Virus record (IMG/VR): IMGVR_UViG_3300020057_000001
Location: 1-64,000 of that record
From: a virus
Direction: 5' to 3' (one strand)
Length of the DNA: 64,000 nucleotides
The notes under the pieces were generated by a model that saw only the letters and a program-made list of their open reading frames with translations, searched no databases and was not told where the DNA came from. Position 1 is the stretch's first letter, and every line of letters begins with the position of its first letter. A program made the translations under genes and the position numbers. This document shows positions 56,726 to 64,000 of this stretch, in pieces.

Positions 56726-57364
56726 ATGCCGTTTAACATAAATAACGAGAGCAATGTACCAGTCACCTACCAGGGTCAAACAATTGCCCCTGGCGCTTTC
56801 TACACAGTAGCCGACCCCGGAACAGCTTTTGCTCTGGACTACGTGCTTATCAACGATGTGATCTACGGGGACACCTCTATCACGGTGAAGACTGCCACTC
56901 ATAGGGGACAAGACGCGCTCGCCATCCTGTCGACTATCCGCAGCGCGTTTGTGTCTATAACAAGTGCACCCTTGCAATCGCCCTTTGCTGCGAAGAAAAT
57001 CGGAACAAAAAACCTTGTCGCCCGTACAACGGGTGTGAGCTACGCCGTCACCACGGGAGCAACAACCCTCTTGTTCACAATAGCGTATCCCTGGGTAAAA
57101 ATTAACGGCGTCGAGATTATAGGAGCCGTGGTAGGAGATAGTTGCAATTTCAAAGTGTTTGACACGGCTGCGGGTACATATTCCACGATTCCTAATTATC
57201 AGCTCAATCAATTCGGTTTTAATGTTCAAATGGCACCCGGCTTTTACCAACGAATCTCCGACTTCGACGCCGACCTCTATGAGGGCATGGTGCTCCAAGT
57301 CGAATACACCTCGGTCTCAAATAAAAATGTAGGGATAAACTACATACTCACCGAAATGAAATAA
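56726..57364 (+). CDS. Putative virion structural protein
   Basis: Operon context; N-terminus resembles that of the preceding gene. Confidence 0.55.
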   Translation: MPFNINNESNVPVTYQGQTIAPGAFYTVADPGTAFALDYVLINDVIYGDTSITVKTATHRGQDALAILSTIRSAFVSITSAPLQSPFAAKKIGTKNLVARTTGVSYAVTTGATTLLFTIAYPWVKINGVEIIGAVVGDSCNFKVFDTAAGTYSTIPNYQLNQFGFNVQMAPGFYQRISDFDADLYEGMVLQVEYTSVSNKNVGINYILTEMK

Positions 57365-57805
57365 ATGCAAAACGGTGTTGTTTTTCGTAGAAGTAGAAAA
57401 CTAGGGTCGAGATTAATTCGCTGGGGTACCCAAGAAGCTTGGAGCCACTGTGGGGTTATCATAGACAATGAAGCGTATCATTCAGATAGTAGAGGCTGTC
57501 ATGTGTCTACCGTGGAAGAGTTCTGTCTAGGCTCTGAAACGTTTTTCCTTGCCGTCGCCATCACAAAAGAACAAAAAGATAGAGCTATAAAAGCAATAGG
57601 TTATCAATATGATTGGGCAGCTATCGTCTGGTTTGCGATCGTCTTGTTACTGAAAAGAATCGCAATTATCCTACCGACGACTACAGTCAACTCAAAGTGG
57701 CTCGTGTGCTCTGAGTACGCTTCGTACATCTTTTGGGGTAAGGGTCAAACCGTAACTCCTGGCGAGTTTTTAAACCGCGTCCTTGCTGAACAAATCGTAA
57801 AATAG
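57365..57805 (+). CDS. Permuted papain-like (YiiX/YaeF, C92) amidase
   Basis: WSHCG...GYQYD...VCSEY. Confidence 0.7.
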   Translation: MQNGVVFRRSRKLGSRLIRWGTQEAWSHCGVIIDNEAYHSDSRGCHVSTVEEFCLGSETFFLAVAITKEQKDRAIKAIGYQYDWAAIVWFAIVLLLKRIAIILPTTTVNSKWLVCSEYASYIFWGKGQTVTPGEFLNRVLAEQIVK

Positions 57806-57865
57806 AGAAAATACCCTCGTTGCAGAATACTCTGCTGTTGCGCTAGACGCAGATAGGAAGACATC

Positions 57866-60229
57866 ATGGCGTTCTTTACTAGAGGTAGCGTCTCCATCCA
57901 ACGCGACCTCGCAATTGGTCGTAATTTGACGATAGTCAATCCGGGCTACGTCCAGTTCAACGACGCAGCTTCAAACTTCATACGTCTTCTTGGTCCAAGC
58001 ACCGTTGTCTCCTCTTACACTATCACTTTGCCTGCCACTGCTCCAGGCACCAATCAAACTTTACAGTTTGACGGGACAAACTATATCTGGTCTTCCGCTG
58101 GGTCGGGTACAGTTACATCTGTAGCCCTCACGGCTCCCGTAGAATTTAGCGTGTCGGGATCGCCTATAACAGGCGCGGGCACACTAGCAATAACCAAGAC
58201 GACACAACCAGCCAACTTTGTTTGGGCGGGACCCGCAACAGGTGGACCGGCGGTGTCTGCGTTTCGTGCGCTTGTTTCAGGAGACATCCCTGTTCTGTCT
58301 TACGTCAGTTCAATCACAGCGGGTACTGGACTTTCGGGCGGAGTAATTACAAGCTCGGGTACTATCAATATAGCCACTACGGGTGTGGCAGCAGCGGCCT
58401 ACGGGTCAGCTTCCTCTGTAGCCACTTTTACAGTGAACACCCAAGGGCAACTCACAACAGCAGCAACCACAGCCATTCAAATTGGTCAGTCGCAAGTTAC
58501 AAGCCTTGTCTCAGACTTAACAGCAAAAGCTGCCACCACCCTTCTGCTAAACACGGGTACTGGGCTTACAGGTGGCGGGGACCTTTCGGCTAACCGCACT
58601 TTCTCCATAGCCAACACGTCCGTAATAGCGGGCTCCTACGGGTCTGCGACTCAATCACCGACGTTTACAGTGAACGCGCAAGGGCAACTAACGATTGCGG
58701 GCAACACGACAATTGCACCTGCTTTCTCTTCGCTCACAAGTACTCCCACTACCCTTGCGGGCTACGGGGTAACCGACGCTATCCAAAACGTCCTGGGTAC
58801 TCCAAGTATCTCTTCTAACGCAATTGCGAGCCGTCCCGTTTTTGGGACGGCGGGTCGTCTTTTTGTTTCGACCGACACAAAGCTGTTATTTCGCGACACG
58901 GGATCAGCATGGGAAGCCATTGCGGGCTCTGTTACGTCGATCGCTACGGGGACCGGACTTACCGGTGGAACGATTACGGGGACAGGGACTATCGCCCTAG
59001 CTGATACTGCGGTAGTAGCTGCCGCTTATGGGTCGGCTTCTGCGGTCGGTACTTTTACAGTAGACGCACAAGGTCGTTTAACAACAGCAGCAACCACAGC
59101 CATTCAAATCGGTCAGTCGCAAGTTACAAGCCTTGTCTCAGACTTAGCAGCAAAAGCTGCCACAGCAACAACAATCACAGCGGGTACTGGGCTTACAGGT
59201 GGCGGGGACCTTTCGGCTAACCGCACTTTCTCCATAACCAACACGGCAGTGACCCTTGGAGCCTACGGGTCTGCTACTCAAACACCTACGTTTACAGTCA
59301 ACGCGCAAGGGCAACTTACAGCCGCTGCAAATGTGCTCATCGCTCCTCTTTTTTCCTCAGTGGCATCGAAACCAACTACCCTTGCGGGCTACGGGATCAC
59401 TGACGGTATTCAAAACGTCCTAGGTACTCCGAGTATCAGCTCAGACCTTATTGCAAACCGCCCTACTTTTGGAACAGCAGGGAGGCTGTTTGTCGGAACG
59501 GACACGGCACTCATTTATAGAGACACGGGCGCTGCGTGGACTGTTCTAAGCCCTTCGTCAGGTGGAACAGTTACATCTGTGGCTTTAAGTCTACCTGCAA
59601 TTTTTACAGTCAGTGGATCGCCCGTCACAACCACTGGCACACTGACAGGGACACTAGCGACACAAACGGCAAACATCATATTTGCGGGGCCTTCAACTGG
59701 CGGAGCTGCTGTTCCGACTTTTCGCTCGCTCGTTTCAGCGGATATCCCAACCTTAGACTTTGCGAAAATAACATCAGGTACGGTACCAGTAGGGCAGGGC
59801 GGGACAGGAATAACCACCACGCCGTCAAACGGGCAGATCCCGATAGGAGACGGAACCACTTACTCGGCGGCGGCTTTAACGGCGGGTATCGGGGTCGCTG
59901 TTACCAACGGTGCCGGTAGCATTACTTTAGCTGCCACAGGAGCTATCCCTGCCACAGTTTCGACAAGTACCTCGTTAACCCTAACCGCAGCTAACTGCGT
60001 CGTCATTCTCACGGCAACTACCGCGAGGTCGGTCACTCTTCCTACGGCGCCCGTAAACGGGTCTCAGATTATGCTTAAAGACGGAGCAGGTACTGCGGCT
60101 ACTGCAAACATTTCGGTTGTAGCTGGTGGCGCGGACACCTTAGAAGCCCTCGGCACGCCGATAGACGCAGATGGAGCTGCGGTGTGCTACGTTTATTTAA
60201 CAAGTACGACAAGGTGGTATGTAATCTAA
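57866..60229 (+). CDS. Tail fibre-like protein with 209-aa internal duplication
   Basis: GTVTSV, GTGLTGG, YGS..TFTVNAQG, PTTLAGYG repeats; homologous tracts 627 nt apart. Confidence 0.75.
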   Translation: MAFFTRGSVSIQRDLAIGRNLTIVNPGYVQFNDAASNFIRLLGPSTVVSSYTITLPATAPGTNQTLQFDGTNYIWSSAGSGTVTSVALTAPVEFSVSGSPITGAGTLAITKTTQPANFVWAGPATGGPAVSAFRALVSGDIPVLSYVSSITAGTGLSGGVITSSGTINIATTGVAAAAYGSASSVATFTVNTQGQLTTAATTAIQIGQSQVTSLVSDLTAKAATTLLLNTGTGLTGGGDLSANRTFSIANTSVIAGSYGSATQSPTFTVNAQGQLTIAGNTTIAPAFSSLTSTPTTLAGYGVTDAIQNVLGTPSISSNAIASRPVFGTAGRLFVSTDTKLLFRDTGSAWEAIAGSVTSIATGTGLTGGTITGTGTIALADTAVVAAAYGSASAVGTFTVDAQGRLTTAATTAIQIGQSQVTSLVSDLAAKAATATTITAGTGLTGGGDLSANRTFSITNTAVTLGAYGSATQTPTFTVNAQGQLTAAANVLIAPLFSSVASKPTTLAGYGITDGIQNVLGTPSISSDLIANRPTFGTAGRLFVGTDTALIYRDTGAAWTVLSPSSGGTVTSVALSLPAIFTVSGSPVTTTGTLTGTLATQTANIIFAGPSTGGAAVPTFRSLVSADIPTLDFAKITSGTVPVGQGGTGITTTPSNGQIPIGDGTTYSAAALTAGIGVAVTNGAGSITLAATGAIPATVSTSTSLTLTAANCVVILTATTARSVTLPTAPVNGSQIMLKDGAGTAATANISVVAGGADTLEALGTPIDADGAAVCYVYLTSTTRWYVI

Positions 60230-60378
60230 GGTTTTTTGGTCAGTTCTTCCATTAGACGCTTTACCTGTTCCGTGGAGTGTTTAAGCTGTTTGATACGTTC
60301 CTCTAAGGTCATGTGAGGAGGCGGTTCTTTGATTTCTTTGGTTTTTTTCCATGCGTCTAAACTAATCACTTTTGTCAT
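60226..60378 (-). CDS. Small protein MTKVISLDAWKK... (50 aa)
   Basis: ATG with AGGG SD; coiled-coil C-terminus. Confidence 0.6.
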   Translation of the reverse strand: MTKVISLDAWKKTKEIKEPPPHMTLEERIKQLKHSTEQVKRLMEELTKKP

Positions 60379-60501
60379 GCGGAACCCTAAGGTATTGGGA
60401 CGGTTGAGTATTTTTGAAACCTGTAGTGGGATACGATTAACTTTACAATTCACTGACGCGTGCGGTAAAATGTGAAAAGACTTTACAACTAGGAGACTAT
60501 A

Positions 60502-60801
60502 ATGCCAATTACTTCAGATACACAACAAAGACTCGAAATCGCTCTTGCTAGCTCTACAGCCGCGGCTGACCTTCTCGCCTTAGCAAGTGCTGGTTCAGTT
60601 ATTGCCCAGACTCCCCCTGCGGCAGCACCTACGTTTACCCCCGCATCTGCTCTCACAGGTGTTGACGGTACAGGAAGCAACGCAGCTCCTTTGGCTGGAA
60701 CTAACACACGCCTCGGTGGTCATGACACCCAAATCGTAGCTTTGACCTCTTTGGTCAACAGCTTGCGGACTAAGTTGATTGACGCTGGAATTCTCGTTTA
60801 A
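60502..60801 (+). CDS. Putative head fibre/decoration protein
   Basis: C-terminal LVNSLRTKLIDAGI. Confidence 0.55.
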   Translation: MPITSDTQQRLEIALASSTAAADLLALASAGSVIAQTPPAAAPTFTPASALTGVDGTGSNAAPLAGTNTRLGGHDTQIVALTSLVNSLRTKLIDAGILV

Positions 60802-61140
60802 TCACTTGATCCTGTAGCTTCGCAAAACATTTTTATTATTTTTAGCGCGCGCGAGCTTCATGTGCTCTTGCGCTTCTTTGTTTTTTGCTATTGTGCCTTC
60901 GAGCGTGCTGGGTTGGTTGGCTTTGAGATGTCTTAGAGCTTGCTCAAAGCTCGCACATTCGACTACATCGTCAGCGCCCTGGTCAAACTGGTCATACGAA
61001 CCCCAGCGTTTAGTCGACCGGTCGTACACATCTACGTTGTGTTGACCGTCTTCTCGGTACACCTTTGCATTGTCGGCATAGTAAGTGTAAGCGCCATGGT
61101 CGGCGGCTTCTTTATTAAAGATATTTATCACGTCGGTCAT
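60802..61140 (-). CDS. Hypothetical protein MTDVINIF...NVLRSYRIK
   Basis: ORF track; ATG at 61140. Confidence 0.6.
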   Translation of the reverse strand: MTDVINIFNKEAADHGAYTYYADNAKVYREDGQHNVDVYDRSTKRWGSYDQFDQGADDVVECASFEQALRHLKANQPSTLEGTIAKNKEAQEHMKLARAKNNKNVLRSYRIK

Positions 61141-61228
61141 TATTCTTTCCAATCAAAAGCGAACCACAAGAAAAATAAAATCCCAAAAAGCAAATAAAAG
61201 GTCAAATGTTCCACTGCGCGCTTCTTTC

Positions 61229-61465
61229 TTAGTACTCGGAGGGTTCGTGCCAGACTTTAGTTAGTTCTTCCGAGAACCGCCCGCTGGTAGCGTACTCGGG
61301 GTCTTGCAGTGTAATGTCGGGCGAGATGGTGCAGCCTAGCGCCCTCGCTTGATCAAGCGCATGGTTGACAGCAGAAGGCGCATAAGACATGCGACCGTCT
61401 GCGTACCTACGAGCCCAAAAACCCAACTCTTCAACTAAACGTCTTAGTGCGTCTTCATGTGTCAT
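61229..61465 (-). CDS. Hypothetical protein
   Basis: RYADGRMSYAPS; overlapping operon. Confidence 0.6.
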   Translation of the reverse strand: MTHEDALRRLVEELGFWARRYADGRMSYAPSAVNHALDQARALGCTISPDITLQDPEYATSGRFSEELTKVWHEPSEY

Positions 61466-61787
61466 GTAGCACCTTTACTTGATGTTCTGCTTGTTTAATC
61501 AACTCGTCCATAGCATCCGTTTGCCAAGTCATGTAAAACCGGAGTGTCCCAAACTTCTCTTTTACTTGAGACGCTTTTGGGCGCGCACCCTCCTCGTCCG
61601 CTGGTTCATCTGCTATTAAGCATTCAAGCTTTTCACTCAGTCGCCGAATGGCAGGTTCCCAAGCGTCCGGTACGTCAAAACCCCAACACATACAGGTGGA
61701 TCTTGCACTTGCTTGGCGGTCTGCGTAAAGCAGCGGGAAGTCTCTACAGAGAGCGTCGTCTAGTTCAGCCTTCATGTCCGTCCTCAC
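61455..61787 (-). CDS. Phage hypothetical protein
   Basis: MCWGF...QVKEKFGTLRFY motif seen in large phages. Confidence 0.7.
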   Translation of the reverse strand: MRTDMKAELDDALCRDFPLLYADRQASARSTCMCWGFDVPDAWEPAIRRLSEKLECLIADEPADEEGARPKASQVKEKFGTLRFYMTWQTDAMDELIKQAEHQVKVLHDT

Positions 61788-61803
61788 TGTTTGGGTAGTC
61801 TGT

Positions 61804-62088
61804 CTATGGGAGGTTGGCGGCTTTTAAATCCCGCCTTGCCTTGGCAATACGCTCTTTTAGCACTTTACGGGTTTCGTCAGATGGGTCCTCGTTTAGCCAA
61901 CCTTCATTCTGTTCTTGAAAGCGCTTTAGCTCAGCTCGCTCTGTTTTGGTCAAAGCCATTCTCGAAGGTGCTTCTTGTGCTATTGCGAGAGCGCTCACAC
62001 GAGAAGGTTTTTTTACCTTCTTAGGCTTCTCTACTTCTTCTATTATCCCAGTTGCTCTATAAGTACCTAAACTAATTATCTTTGTCAT
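61804..62088 (-). CDS. Hypothetical protein MTKIISLGTYR...
   Basis: AGGAG SD. Confidence 0.65.
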   Translation of the reverse strand: MTKIISLGTYRATGIIEEVEKPKKVKKPSRVSALAIAQEAPSRMALTKTERAELKRFQEQNEGWLNEDPSDETRKVLKERIAKARRDLKAANLP

Positions 62089-62121
62089 GCAATCTCCTGC
62101 TTGTTTCAAACTCTACCTATG

Positions 62122-62148
62122 GTTTCGGACGTGTCCGTTCAGACTTTA
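62122..62148 (-). promoter_or_regulatory. sigma28-like promoter (weaker -10)
   Basis: TAAA-GTCTGAACGGACACG-TCCGAAAC. Confidence 0.5.
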
Positions 62149-62162
62149 GCATTATTTTCAGT

Positions 62163-62501
62163 TTACTGAAAAAAAGCTAGCGGATGTGTCCATGAGTATT
62201 CCTGTGCCCATTCTCGTGGCGTTAACGGTCTAGTAGTCCAAGAGAGATTTGAAAACTGCGCACCAAGCAATTCTGGCAAGACTTGGGTGACCATCTGCGT
62301 GCGCTCGGTGCTGTGTTTGTGTGTGAATGCGGTGCTCACAATCGACAATTCGGCAAAGCCATCAGTCAGGCCGTTTGCGCTATGGATTACGATTTTTACA
62401 AGAGGGTCGCTCCAGTACGTAGACAACACCTTTCTAAGATGTTCTTCCAATTGACCTATTACCACTTCTGTTGCCGATACGTCGTTGAAAAGCTCAGTCA
62501 T
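62163..62501 (-). CDS. BolA-like protein (divergent)
   Basis: LSIVSTAF.....ER.QMV..VL...LTPREW. Confidence 0.45.
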   Translation of the reverse strand: MTELFNDVSATEVVIGQLEEHLRKVLSTYWSDPLVKIVIHSANGLTDGFAELSIVSTAFTHKHSTERTQMVTQVLPELLGAQFSNLSWTTRPLTPREWAQEYSWTHPLAFFQ

Positions 62502-62706
62502 TCGACTCCCAGAGTTGTTCCATGCGCTCGGTTAATCTTACGACTTCCCGCGCAGTGTCCGTTCTAAATTCTGTAGAAAACCAGTTAGTAGGGGCTTCGT
62601 TCAAGAAGCGAAGCAGAGCCGCACGCTGCCGCGCCGTGTGTAGGTATTCCGAGGGTATGTATTCCGTCAAGATGCCTGATAAACTCGACGGGTAGTGATG
62701 CGTCAT
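62494..62706 (-). CDS. Hypothetical protein
   Basis: Overlapping operon; AAGGAG SD. Confidence 0.55.
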   Translation of the reverse strand: MTHHYPSSLSGILTEYIPSEYLHTARQRAALLRFLNEAPTNWFSTEFRTDTAREVVRLTERMEQLWESND

Positions 62707-63125
62707 TCTTTCTCCTTCATTAGGTAGTCTAGATAATCTTCTTGCCCTGCCGCAATATACGCTAGCGTCTCATAAGGAATTGATGCGTAAGCCTGTTCGT
62801 GCGACATGCCCTTCATGCGGTTTTTAATATAGTACGAAAGATAGGAACTGTAAAACTTAAGCCAGCCAATTTCTCGCACCTGCAAGCAGTGAACATTTTC
62901 GTGGGCGCGCACCTTGGGGTCAATCTCTACCTCAAAGAAAAACACGATAGGGTAAAGTACGAACCCGCTCGGTATTTTCTTACTGCTAGTGGGTAGATGT
63001 ACAAACACCGAGCACGCTTCTCCTTTTAGTGGAGGCAGAAATTTTAGCTCAACCATTGAAAGGTTAAGCCACAGTAACAACGCTATTAGTATCCACCGCT
63101 TCATAGTACTCCAAGTCCTTAACAA
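62703..63125 (-). CDS. HExxH metallopeptidase-like protein with N-terminal hydrophobic segment
   Basis: RAHENVHCLQ...GWLKFY..YL...IPYE..AY. Confidence 0.6.
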   Translation of the reverse strand: MLRTWSTMKRWILIALLLWLNLSMVELKFLPPLKGEACSVFVHLPTSSKKIPSGFVLYPIVFFFEVEIDPKVRAHENVHCLQVREIGWLKFYSSYLSYYIKNRMKGMSHEQAYASIPYETLAYIAAGQEDYLDYLMKEKE

Positions 63126-63433
63126 TATTCCGTGGAATCGTCTTCGTCCGTAGGGGTGGGTGCAAGAGGTTCAAAGAATTTTGCTGGGTTTGCCGTGCCG
63201 TGTACCTGTTTTAAGTTGGTGACGTCTAAGTTGATACCAAGCGGCACGCGGTCGCCTTTCATATTGCAGCACGCAATTCCCGTCACGTGTGCGCCCGAAG
63301 AAACCGATGTAGTTTTAAAAATTTTAAAGACTAAACGGCTACGTCCCATTTCATGAGTGGCGTAGAACACCTGGGTAGTTTTAGGGTTTTGGAGCTGTAT
63401 GCGGGCGTGTGTGAAACATTCTGTCAAGTTCAT
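63119..63433 (-). CDS. Hypothetical protein
   Basis: AGGAG SD. Confidence 0.6.
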   Translation of the reverse strand: MNLTECFTHARIQLQNPKTTQVFYATHEMGRSRLVFKIFKTTSVSSGAHVTGIACCNMKGDRVPLGINLDVTNLKQVHGTANPAKFFEPLAPTPTDEDDSTEYC

Positions 63434-63468
63434 AAAAATCTCCTACGTGCGAACTAAGTCTACATTAG

Positions 63469-63494
63469 TTATCGGCAGGAATTTTCAAACTTGA
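63469..63494 (-). promoter_or_regulatory. sigma28-like promoter (14-nt spacer)
   Basis: TCAA-GTTTGAAAATTCCT-GCCGATAA. Confidence 0.6.
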
Positions 63495-63500
63495 GGAAAA

Positions 63501-63659
63501 TTATTTCTTTTCTTCTTTATTTCTGTACTTGAGAAAAGTCTCGTTTTGTTTCGCCCAGATAGCGTGGAAGGCTGTAAGTTCTAGCTCTTTTACGCGCTTG
63601 TCGAGTTCTTTAATAATTTCAAGCAGGTCTTTAACGGTAGGCTTGGCGGGCAACTTCAC
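63501..63659 (-). CDS. Small coiled-coil protein (52 aa)
   Basis: Manual ORF MKLPAKPTVKDLLEII..., AAGGAG SD. Confidence 0.55.
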   Translation of the reverse strand: MKLPAKPTVKDLLEIIKELDKRVKELELTAFHAIWAKQNETFLKYRNKEEKK

Positions 63660-63714
63660 GATAACTCCTTAAGAAGATCAAGATGGACCTATATTGGGAA
63701 AGACTGGTAGGGAG

Positions 63715-63999
63715 CTAAAGCCATTTTTTGGCTTGCCCGATAGCCGGAAACTGTTCACAAAAAACGTGTTGTATAGCCAAAGCGATATCTCTGTGTTCTT
63801 TTTGCGTTGAGACATCGGTCCTAAGGTCGAGGTAGTGTATCCAGTTGCGGAGGTTGTTTGTCATGTAAAGAGTTGTAGAGGTACCTAAAGGAAGGAGAAA
63901 ACGCGCTTGCTCTTTAGCAATGTTTTTATCTAACGCCTCTTGGTAAAGCCTAGTGCTTAAGCTCTGAACTTGAATTTGCGCGTCCAGAAACCACGCAAG
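63715..63999 (-). CDS. thyX: Flavin-dependent thymidylate synthase, C-terminal part (5' end outside window)
   Basis: Manual translation IAKEQARFLLP...TLYMTNNLRNWIHYLDLR...TQKEHRDIA. Confidence 0.85.
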   Translation of the reverse strand, partial: LAWFLDAQIQVQSLSTRLYQEALDKNIAKEQARFLLPLGTSTTLYMTNNLRNWIHYLDLRTDVSTQKEHRDIALAIQHVFCEQFPAIGQAKKWL

Positions 64000-64000
64000 G

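Noticed and set aside
1-64000. Eukaryotic giant virus or Wolbachia WO-type origin suggested by ankyrin richness
   Set aside because: SD-led coupled operons, bacterial promoters, lysins, portal/terminase/baseplate and GC around the mid-40s percent (by eye) indicate a large bacteriophage
1-64000. tRNA/rRNA genes, integrase/att sites, major capsid and tail sheath
   Set aside because: None recognisable by eye; capsid and sheath genes are presumably outside the window

Overview
This window is a segment of a large tailed (myovirus-like) dsDNA phage genome. It encodes a giant baseplate-J-like protein and neighbouring baseplate/tail proteins, a terminase large subunit with a mini-intein, a portal, a Mu gpF-like head protein, a prohead protease, several fibre/decoration proteins, two lysins, an SF2 helicase, three orphan DNA methyltransferases, a repeat-containing homing-endonuclease-like gene and a partial thyX. 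No major capsid, sheath, integrase, RNA gene or CRISPR array was seen. The most striking element is a pair of oppositely oriented tandem arrays (1-3939 minus, running off the window; 18989-23115 plus) with at least 16 ankyrin-repeat genes (15 complete and intact, 1 cut by the window edge). Each is N-cap + n x 29-aa repeat + DPxVVRQFI, with a near-fixed framework, hypervariable surface positions and mosaic tracts shared within and between arrays, i.e. a natural DARPin-like binder library. About 11 FliA/sigma28-type promoters (TAAAGT-N13-xxCGATA) precede non-structural genes, including both ankyrin operons. A TAAAAT motif precedes structural/lysis genes, and one sigma54 promoter has an upstream palindrome next to a stand-alone Fis-type HTH gene. 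Also present are a C5 methyltransferase whose motif IX lies in a nested out-of-frame ORF, and a protease-lipoprotein gene flanked by a duplicated helicase 3' end. All functional calls come from motif recognition by eye; no searches were run.
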